From contig OY760933.1 in NCBI GenBank assembly GCA_963664235.1, forward strand, positions 3,281,048 to 3,345,047: DNA of 64,000 nucleotides, written 5' to 3'. The notes under the pieces are model-generated. The model was not told the origin of the DNA. It saw only the letters and a program-made list of their open reading frames with translations, and did not search any database. Origin of the DNA: Acidimicrobiales bacterium (GTDB lineage Bacteria > Actinomycetota > Acidimicrobiia > Acidimicrobiales > CATQHL01). Shown one piece after another: positions 11,077-17,655 of the stretch. Both the position numbers and the translations under genes were made by a program. Each line of letters begins with the position of its first letter. Within the stretch, counting starts at the first letter, position 1.

Positions 11077-11495
11077 GACGACAACAGTTGCTCACGTCGG
11101 TCCACCTGTTCGCGAACTGTCTCAGCGGCGCTCGCGTCCGCGGCGACCAACGCATCGATTTCCTCGGGGAACGCCGCGTAGAAGTCGGCCGCCAACAGGA
11201 TCGATGTCGTAGCCACGCCGGTCTCGGCGGCGAGTGTCTCCACGCGGTCCATCCCCCGGCCCGGGACGCGGGCCAGATCACGAACCACTTCCCACACGTC
11301 GGGCCCGCCCATCACGGCGGCCCGACGGCCGGCGGGCCCTGCCCGATAGACGATGCCGGGGAAACGGCGGGTCTTGAGCCCCTCGTCCAATAGAACCGAG
11401 ACCAGTTGCGTGATCGTGGTCCTGCTGGCGCGAGTCTCAACATCGAGACGGTCGAGCAGTTCCTCCGGAAGGCGGAACGACGTCGGTCGTGGCAT
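11073..11495 (-). CDS. Antitoxin-like protein: N-terminal ribbon-helix-helix plus DUF433-like C-terminal domain
   Basis: The MPRPTSFRLPEELLDRLD...ITQLVSVLLDEGL segment looks RHH-like and sits upstream of, and ATGA-overlapping, the PIN-like gene. RBS GAGG lies 8 nt before the ATG. Confidence 0.6.
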   Translation of the reverse strand: MPRPTSFRLPEELLDRLDVETRASRTTITQLVSVLLDEGLKTRRFPGIVYRAGPAGRRAAVMGGPDVWEVVRDLARVPGRGMDRVETLAAETGVATTSILLAADFYAAFPEEIDALVAADASAAETVREQVDRREQLLSS

Positions 11496-11524
11496 GGTAT
11501 TACCTCGTAGTCGCAGTGCACTAC

Positions 11525-11552
11525 ATCATAACGCCATCGATCAGAGCGCCAA
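11525..11552 (-). promoter_or_regulatory. Candidate promoter TTGGCG-N16-TATGAT of the TA operon, with a GTAGT...ACTAC inverted repeat just downstream
   Basis: Hexamers read on the minus strand in a locally AT-richer patch. The 5-bp-arm inverted repeat lies between the -10 and the RBS (about 11504-11521). Confidence 0.3.
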
Positions 11553-11642
11553 CACCGGGCGGACGAGCCCTAACTCGCCAACAGACCGACAAGAAGACTT
11601 CGAACAGGGACAACAGGCGCGCCATTAGTGTCCCCTTTGGTG

Positions 11643-11715
11643 CGCCCCCGGCAGGATTCGAACCTGCGGCCTTGGGATTAGAAGTCCCCTGCTCTGTCCC
11701 CTGAGCTACGGGGGC
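11643..11715 (-). tRNA. tRNA-Arg (anticodon UCU)
   Basis: Hand-folded cloverleaf. Acceptor GCCCCCG/CGGGGGC, D-arm GCTC-AGGGGACA-GAGC, anticodon loop CTTCTAA, T-arm GCAGG-TTCGAAT-CCTGC, discriminator G. CCA is not encoded immediately after the discriminator. Confidence 0.9.
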
Positions 11716-11753
11716 GGGGCAACCAGTCTACGAAAGGGTTGAGGCAGCAGCCG

Positions 11754-11762
11754 ATTCAGCCC
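11754..11762. repeat. Left copy of the 9-bp target-site duplication ATTCAGCCC of the IS256-family element
   Basis: The identical 9-mer recurs at 14434-14442, immediately outside the inverted-repeat termini. Confidence 0.75.
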
Positions 11763-11879
11763 GGCAGCGTCCCGCCGGGTGGTGGGGTTTTGAGGTAGCT
11801 GGGAGGGTCCACCTGTAGGTGGGTCATCGGCATGATCCTCGGTGAGAGCAACTACTCACTCATCGAGGAGGACACACCG

Positions 11880-12198
11880 ATGACCCTTTCTGATACTGCC
11901 ACGGCACAGCTGTGGGAGAGTTTCCGCGCCGGCGGCGGCGCGAGTTTGGTCCGCGAGGCGGTGGAGTTGGTGCTCCAGGAGCTGATCGAGGCCGAGGCCG
12001 CCGAGCGCATTGGCGCCGGGCGTTATGAGCGCAGCGAGGCGCGGGTCACTGAGCGCAACGGGCACCGTCCGCGGCTGTTGGCAACCCGGGCCGGCGATGT
12101 CGAGTTGAAGATCCCCAAGCTGCGCACGGGCAGCTTCTTCCCGTCGATCATCGAGCCCCGCCGGCGCATCGACCGTGCCCTGTGGGCGGTGGTCATGG
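11880..12198 (+). pseudogene. IS256-family transposase, N-terminal fragment (disrupted)
   Basis: MTLSDTATAQLWESF...RNGHRPRLLATRAGDVELKIPKLRTGSFFPSIIEPRRRIDRALWAVVM. RBS GAGGAGGA precedes ATG 11880. Homology ends at 12198, where the IS110 begins. Confidence 0.85.
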
Positions 12199-12210
12199 CG
12201 CCTCTGTGTG

Positions 12211-13248
12211 TCAAGTCGACGGGGCGAGATGGCGTCGATGGTCGGCGAGGAGGGTGCGGAAGACCAGGTCAGACAGCCGTCGCTTGACGCAGCGAAGGGC
12301 TTCTCGACGGCTCTTACCCTCGGCGATCTTGCGCCGGTAGTAGTCCTGTCCAGCGGTGGGTTGGCGGATCTGGGAGAGCGCCATGATGTGGAGCGCCGAG
12401 TTCAGTTGTCGGTTGCCGGCTCGGGAGAGGCGATGCCGAACGACGTCGCCGGAGGAGGCTTCGATCGGTGCGGTTCCGGTGTAGGACGCGAACTGGTCTT
12501 TGCTGTTGAAGCGGGTGATGTCGCCGACGTGGCCGAGGATCTTGGCGGCTAGGACCGGGCCGATGCCGAACAATTCGGTCAGCGAGGTGTGGCTCTCGGC
12601 GACGGCTTCGGTGGTGCGGGTCTCGAGCGAGGCGAGCGCCCGGTCGAGGTGGCGAAGATCAGCGAGGAGCTCGACAGCGAGCTGGCGTCGAGTCTTGGTG
12701 ACCGGGTCGGTGGACCGCACTCGGCGGAGGAGTTGGCGTGCGGTGTCGATCGAGCCGCGGGAGATCTTCTCGCCGGGGACCAGGTGGGCCATCATGGCGT
12801 GCAGCCGGTTGAGCGTCTGGGTGCGTTGCCGACACAGGTCGTCGCGACGGTCGGCGAGGAGTCGCAGCGTGGTGGCGTGACTTTCGGCGGCGACGCCGTT
12901 GAGTCGGTCGTTGTCGATCGCCGCGATGCCGACCGCGATCGCGTCGGCATCGTCGTTCTTGCGGCCGTGACCGGTGGACAACAGCCGAACGCGGGTGGCG
13001 AGTTTGGCGGGCACATCGACGACCTGCTCGCCTGCGGCGACAAGGTGCTGAGCGACGGGTGCGCCGCTGCCGGCGGCGCCTTCGACGGCCCAGCGCCGGT
13101 TCGGCCAACGCCGGCCGACCGTGACCAGGTCGCGGCGTCCGACGCGGTTGGTTGGGAAGGTCTGCTGATGCAACACCCCTCGGCGTTGATCGAGCACGGC
13201 AATCGTGACTGAGGTCTTGTGGGCGTCGCAGCCGATCGTGACGGACAT
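12211..13248 (-). CDS. IS110-family (DEDD/RuvC-like) transposase
   Basis: The N-terminus MSVTIGCDAHKTSVTIAVLD and the C-terminal module FGIGPVLAAKILGHVGDITRFNSKDQFASYTGTAPIEASSG...RAGNRQLNSALH are typical of IS110 transposases. ATG 13248 is preceded by GAGGAGGAG. Confidence 0.9.
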   Translation of the reverse strand: MSVTIGCDAHKTSVTIAVLDQRRGVLHQQTFPTNRVGRRDLVTVGRRWPNRRWAVEGAAGSGAPVAQHLVAAGEQVVDVPAKLATRVRLLSTGHGRKNDDADAIAVGIAAIDNDRLNGVAAESHATTLRLLADRRDDLCRQRTQTLNRLHAMMAHLVPGEKISRGSIDTARQLLRRVRSTDPVTKTRRQLAVELLADLRHLDRALASLETRTTEAVAESHTSLTELFGIGPVLAAKILGHVGDITRFNSKDQFASYTGTAPIEASSGDVVRHRLSRAGNRQLNSALHIMALSQIRQPTAGQDYYRRKIAEGKSRREALRCVKRRLSDLVFRTLLADHRRHLAPST

Positions 13249-13477
13249 GGGCTCCTCCTCGGGGCTCAGGGTTCTGGTGCGGTGTCGCTGGAGGGCAGTC
13301 CGACTTGGGGCAATGCAGGCCTCTGTTGAGCCACTCGTGGCGACGGCGGGAGGTGCCGGGCCGCATGCCATTACCGAGCCAACCCGAAGGCGGCAGAGGC
13401 TTACCGAGCGTCCCGACACCTCCCTCGATCGACGAACTCGGCCGAGCCCGCCAACCAGCCACGAGTTAACAAGTCGG
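13249..13477 (-). ncRNA. IS110 5' non-coding leader: candidate bridge/seek RNA
   Basis: The 229-nt untranslated end lies upstream of the recombinase. It contains nested segments complementary or identical to both IS termini and near-matches to both target flanks (see findings). Confidence 0.35.
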
Positions 13478-14421
13478 AGGCGTACGTGGCCGGCGTGTCG
13501 ACCCGCTCGGTCGACGATCTGGTGGCCGCTTTGGGCGCAGAGTCCGGCATCTCCCGCTCCGAGGTATCGCGCATCTGTGGGGGCCTCGACGAGGTCGTAG
13601 AGGCGTTCAGGACCCGGCGGCTGGACCACGTCGAGTTCCCGTACGTGTATCTCGACGCCACGTATCTGAACGTGCGCAACAACCTTGCCCAGCCGGCGTC
13701 GATGGCCACCGTCGTCGCCACGGGCATCACCGCCGACGGCAACCGGGAGGTCCTGGGCTGCGACGTCGGCGACAGCGAGAGCGAAGGGTTCTGGCAGCAG
13801 TTCTTGGGCTCGTTGCGCGACCGGGGTCTAGGTGGCGTGCGCCTGGTGATCTCTGATGCGCACCGCGGCCTCGGCGCCGCCGCTGATCGGTGGTTCCAGG
13901 GAGCGGCCCGCCAGCGCTGCCGGGTGCACTTCATCCGGAACCTGCTCGCTGTGGTGCCCAAGTCGCACCAGCACATGGCCGCGGCGCTGTTCCGCACCAT
14001 CTTCGCCCAACCCGACGCCGGCGCCGTCGCCGACGCCTGGGACCAAGTCAGCGACCAGCTCGCCGCCCGGTTCCCCAAGACCGGACCGCTCATGGACGGC
14101 GCCAAGACCGAGGTCCTCGCCTTCGCGACCTTCCCGCGAGCGCATTGGCAGAAGATCTGGTCCACCAACCCCCTCGAGCGGATCAACAAGGAGATCAAGC
14201 GCCGCTCACGAGTTGTGGGGATCTTCCCCAACGAGGCCTCCGCCATCCGCCTCGTCGGCGCCATCCTCGCCGACCTCCACGACGAATGGCAGGCCACCGA
14301 CCGCCGCTACCTCTCCGAGGACTCCATGAGCCTCCTCTACCCCGAGCGCGATAGTCTCGCCACCGCCGAACTCACAGTCGGCAACCATCACCGAGGCTCA
14401 ACCCCAAAGCCCACCACTTGA
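13478..14421 (+). pseudogene. IS256-family transposase, C-terminal fragment (disrupted)
   Basis: EAYVAGVSTRSVDDLVAALG...YLDATYLNVR...VISDAHRGL...NPLERINKEIKRRSRVVGIFPNE carries the IS256/Mutator DDE region. Its reading frame continues that of the N-terminal fragment. Confidence 0.85.
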
Positions 14422-14433
14422 TGGGACGCCCCC

Positions 14434-14442
14434 ATTCAGCCC
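14434..14442. repeat. Right copy of the 9-bp target-site duplication ATTCAGCCC
   Basis: Identical to 11754-11762. Confidence 0.75.
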
Positions 14443-14537
14443 AACACCGGTGACGCAGACAAGACCTACACAGAGGCGCTTTGGCGGGTTCATCTGCACC
14501 CAACCCTGGCCCGCGACTGGCTGTCTCCGCGGTTTGA

Positions 14538-14553
14538 TGTGACATTGGTCACA
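14538..14553. promoter_or_regulatory. Palindrome TGTGAC-ATTG-GTCACA
   Basis: 6-bp perfect arms with a 4-nt spacer, read directly in the non-coding stretch between the IS256 element and the DUF222 gene. Confidence 0.25.
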
Positions 14554-14640
14554 CATCAATGGGTGCGCTCCGTACGGGGGAGTGACCGGGTAGCAGGGCC
14601 CTCTGACCTGGGGGTTTGGCGGCACCGTCGGGCCCGCCTC

Positions 14641-14662
14641 GGTGGGCGCCCACCGCCTTTTC
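14641..14662 (+). terminator. Intrinsic-terminator-like hairpin GGTGGGCGCCCACC followed by GCCTTTTCG
   Basis: Palindromic GC stem followed by a T-run, which is rare in this GC-rich window. Confidence 0.35.
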
Positions 14663-14692
14663 GCTCCGGATGGACAAACAGTCAAACTAATG

Positions 14693-14721
14693 TTGTCAGT
14701 CTGTCACAGCCATACTATAAT
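14693..14721 (+). promoter_or_regulatory. Near-consensus sigma70-type promoter TTGTCA-N17-TATAAT upstream of the DUF222-HNH gene
   Basis: Hexamers and 17-nt spacing read directly. They lie in an AT-rich island about 80 nt before the GTG/ATG start. Confidence 0.45.
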
Positions 14722-14799
14722 ATGCGGAGAAGCAATAAAGAAGGTTCGCCCGACGATGTGGTGTGAGCCGGGAGCTTCGGAGAAGGGGGTGACGGACAG

Positions 14800-16317
14800 G
14801 TGGGTGACGGTCCGATGCGGGAGAAACCGCACAGCGCCGACAGAGCGGACCGCGAGCCGTCTGGGGCAGGTTCGGGAGGCGGCGAGCCGTCTGGGGGTGT
14901 TCAGGTCGGCGAGTGGGCGGCGTTGGGTGAGTGGCTGGGTTCGCCGCCGCTGTGGCGCAACGTCGACCTGGGTGTCTTGCGCGAACATCTGGGGTTCATG
15001 GGCCGGGCGCGGGCATCGCTCGCCGCCCTGGAAGCCGACGTCGTCGCCGAGGTGGCGCGCCGCGAAGGCGCCGCCGCCACCGAAGAGATCCTGCGGCGCG
15101 ACCAGAAACGCTCCCGGCGCGGCGCCCGCAAGGCCGTGAAGACCGCCGGGCAACTGGAATGGGCGCCGGATGTGGCCGAGAGGCTCGCTGAGGGCGCGAT
15201 CACGCCGGAGGCGGCGGGGTTGATCCTGGACGCCGACGCGGACACGCCGGTGGACCAGCGCAAGTTGCTGGCCGCCGCCGAAGAAGAACCCGACGATGTG
15301 TTCCGTCGCACGTTGAAGGAACACGTCAACGAACGCACCACCGAACAGGAACTCGAGGAGCGGCGGGCTCAGCAGCGGCGCCGGCGGCGGGCTTCGATCA
15401 GCGAACAGCCCGACGGCATGTTCCACCTCTTCGCCCAGTTCGACCCGCTCACCGGGGCGCGAGTGCAGGCCGCGCTCATCGCCAAGTCCGACGCCCTGTT
15501 CCGCAACGAGGACTCCACGGACCGCCCCACGGCACCCCAGCGGTTCGCGGATGCGCTCGCAGACCTCGTGTGCACCAACAACGGCGCCGGCGCACCAGCC
15601 GGAACCGAGTTGATCGTCCTGGCCGACTACGACCAGGTCCACGACGCCATCGCCAACACCCGACTGGCTGACGGCACCCGCCTCACCGAAGCCGAAACAC
15701 TCGCCGCGGCGTGTGACGCCAAGATCCTTCCGGGAATCTTCAACAAACACACCGGCAACGTCGTCCTGGGCCGCTCGCAGCGCAAGGTCCCCCCGTGGCT
15801 GCGCAAACACCTCATCGCCCGCGACGGCGGCTGCATCGGCTGCGGCGCCCACCACCAGATCTGCGAAGTCCACCACATCAAGCACTGGAAACACGGCGGC
15901 GAAACCACCCTCGAGAACACCTGCCTGCTGTGCTGGCGCTGCCACCACATCCGCCTCCACCGAAACGGCGAAGAAATCACCCGCCACCCCGACGGCACCC
16001 TCACCCTCACACCACCCGCCAACCCGCCTCCCGAACCGACAGGACCAGCAGGTGGCAAACACACCGACCGGCACGAACCGCGAACGCGCGAACCCGGACA
16101 CCGCCGCGAACCCGGAGACCCCCGCAACCACCACGCCCCGACCACCGACCACCACGCGCCGACCACCGACCACCGCGCGCCGACCAGCGGGCACCGCCGC
16201 TCGTCCAGCGTCCCGCGGCACGAACCACCCCGCATCCCCACGACGAGCCCAGCTAGCCCCACGACCCTGCCGTTCCCGGATCCCAGCACGGTTACGGCAC
16301 CCCATGCCAAAGTCTGA
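14800..16317 (+). CDS. DUF222-domain HNH endonuclease ('13E12-repeat'-type)
   Basis: Central DUF222-like region followed by an intact HNH/zinc-finger core: RDGGCIGCGAHHQICEVHHIKHWKHGGETTLENTCLLCWRCHH. Start is GTG 14800 or ATG 14815. The C-terminal tail is Pro/Thr/His-rich. Confidence 0.85.
   Translation: MGDGPMREKPHSADRADREPSGAGSGGGEPSGGVQVGEWAALGEWLGSPPLWRNVDLGVLREHLGFMGRARASLAALEADVVAEVARREGAAATEEILRRDQKRSRRGARKAVKTAGQLEWAPDVAERLAEGAITPEAAGLILDADADTPVDQRKLLAAAEEEPDDVFRRTLKEHVNERTTEQELEERRAQQRRRRRASISEQPDGMFHLFAQFDPLTGARVQAALIAKSDALFRNEDSTDRPTAPQRFADALADLVCTNNGAGAPAGTELIVLADYDQVHDAIANTRLADGTRLTEAETLAAACDAKILPGIFNKHTGNVVLGRSQRKVPPWLRKHLIARDGGCIGCGAHHQICEVHHIKHWKHGGETTLENTCLLCWRCHHIRLHRNGEEITRHPDGTLTLTPPANPPPEPTGPAGGKHTDRHEPRTREPGHRREPGDPRNHHAPTTDHHAPTTDHRAPTSGHRRSSSVPRHEPPRIPTTSPASPTTLPFPDPSTVTAPHAKV
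16129..16190 (+). repeat. 21-bp tandem repeat (about 2.9 units) CACCACGC(C/G)CCGACCACCGAC inside the DUF222-HNH tail
   Basis: Read directly. It encodes HHAPTTD-HHAPTTD-HRAPTSG. Confidence 0.8.
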
Positions 16318-16351
16318 ACGCCTCGCCGGCCCGCAGGACAGAGGGCTCGGG

Positions 16352-17512
16352 CTAGTTCTTCTCCAGCCAGCGGGCCAGCAGTTGGCGGGCGATGACGAGT
16401 TTCTGGATCTCGTTCGTGCCCTCGCCGATGATCATCAGCGGCGTGTCCCGGTAGTACCGCTCCACCGGGTACTCCGTGGTGTAGCCGTAGCCGCCGTGGA
16501 TGCGCATGGCGTCTGTGGCGATCTCGTAGGCGGCCTCGGAGGCGAAGAGCTTGGCCATGCCCGCCTCCAGATCGATGCGATGACCCTCGTCGTAGCGGCG
16601 GGCCGCGTCGTGGGTCAGCAGCCGGGCGGCGTGCAGCTTGGTGGCCATCTCCGCCAGCATGAACCGCACCGCCTGGTGCTCGTAGATTGGCCGCCCGAAG
16701 GTCTCGCGTTCCTGGGCGTAGCCCATGGCGGCGTCGTAGGCCGCCTGCCCCACGCCCACGGCTCGAGCCGCGATATTCACCCTGCCCAACTCGAGAGCGG
16801 TGAGCGCGTAGCGCAGACCGTTGCCGAGACCGTCGGGGCCGCCGAGCATGTTGGCGTCAGGGACGCGGTGATCCACATAGGACATCTCCACGGTCTCCAC
16901 GCCCTTGTAGCCCAGCTTGTCGATCTTGCGGCTGATCGTCAGTCCCCCGTCGGCTGGACCGGGGGTCTTCTCCACGATGAAGCACGTGATCCGGTCGTCG
17001 GGTGTGCGAGCCAGCAGCATCACCACGCTGGCGCGCATGCCGTTGGTGACCCACATCTTCGTGCCGTTGACGATCCACTCGTCGCCGTCGGGAGTCGCCC
17101 GGCAGCGGATGTTCTGGACGTCGCTGCCGGCGTCGGGCTCCGAGAGCGAGAATGCGGCCCGCAACGACCCGTCCACCATGCGCGGCAGAAATCGCCGTCG
17201 CTGCTCCGCGGTGCCGGAGCGGCTGATCATCGCCACAGCCAGCTTGTGCGAGTTCAAGATGCCTGCGAGGGACATCCAACCTCGAGCCAGTTCCTCCACG
17301 ATGCGTGCGTAGGTCAAGGCGTCGAGGCCAAGTCCGCCGTAGGCCTCCTCGATCGTGGCCCCGAACAGGCCGAAGTCGCACATCCGGGCGAACATCGCCT
17401 CGGGGAACTCGTCGGCTTGCTCGAGTTCGCTCGCCTCCGGGACGACCTCCCGGTCCACCCAGGCTGCGATGGTCGCGACGAGTTCGTCGGCAACCTCAGG
17501 ATCCACGCTCAC
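16352..17512 (-). CDS. Acyl-CoA dehydrogenase
   Basis: 386 aa from GTG 17512. Typical ACAD segments are present: FGATIEEAYGGLGLD, FSLSEPDAGSD, TKMWVTNG and YRDTPLMIIGEGTNEIQ. Confidence 0.85.
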   Translation of the reverse strand: MSVDPEVADELVATIAAWVDREVVPEASELEQADEFPEAMFARMCDFGLFGATIEEAYGGLGLDALTYARIVEELARGWMSLAGILNSHKLAVAMISRSGTAEQRRRFLPRMVDGSLRAAFSLSEPDAGSDVQNIRCRATPDGDEWIVNGTKMWVTNGMRASVVMLLARTPDDRITCFIVEKTPGPADGGLTISRKIDKLGYKGVETVEMSYVDHRVPDANMLGGPDGLGNGLRYALTALELGRVNIAARAVGVGQAAYDAAMGYAQERETFGRPIYEHQAVRFMLAEMATKLHAARLLTHDAARRYDEGHRIDLEAGMAKLFASEAAYEIATDAMRIHGGYGYTTEYPVERYYRDTPLMIIGEGTNEIQKLVIARQLLARWLEKN

Positions 17513-17655
17513 GCAACGCGATGTTACGCCGAGCCGGCGCGGAGCCGCCGCCAACCGGCCGCGACAGTCGGCACACCGACCTGCCGCGGGCCGCAACACT
17601 CCGCGCAGGACATGCCGGTACCCCCGCGGTAGCCTGCACTCATTGAGGACCCACG

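Larger units (their letters stand above)
12199..13477 (-). mobile_element. IS110-family insertion sequence nested inside the IS256 transposase gene
   Basis: 1279-bp block whose removal restores ...AVVM|EAYVAGVSTR... in frame (atgg|aggcg). No terminal IR or direct repeat is present, as is usual for IS110. Boundaries are good to about 1 nt. Confidence 0.8.
11763..14433 (+). mobile_element. IS256-family insertion sequence (composite length 2671 bp, 1392 bp without the nested IS110)
   Basis: Imperfect terminal inverted repeats: GGCAGCGTCCCGCCGGGTGGTGGGG at 11763- versus the reverse complement of the 14433 end, GGGGGCGTCCCATCAAGTGGTGGGC. A 9-bp direct repeat flanks the element, and it carries a Mutator/IS256-type transposase in two pieces. 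Confidence 0.8.

Noticed and set aside
12211-13629. 472-aa version of the IS110 transposase ORF
   Set aside because: The first 127 codons run through the non-coding leader and into IS256 sequence. IS110 homology starts at MSVTIGCDAHK (13248), which has a strong RBS.
14704-16305. 533-aa ORF on the - strand opposite the DUF222-HNH gene
   Set aside because: It is antisense to a gene with a clear HNH motif. It is low-complexity Gly/Arg/Val-rich, with no RBS and no recognisable domain.
10600-16320. tRNA-linked integrative island or prophage
   Set aside because: No integrase, excisionase or phage structural genes are present, and I found no direct repeat of the tRNA 3' end. Only IS elements, a TA pair and an HNH gene are there.
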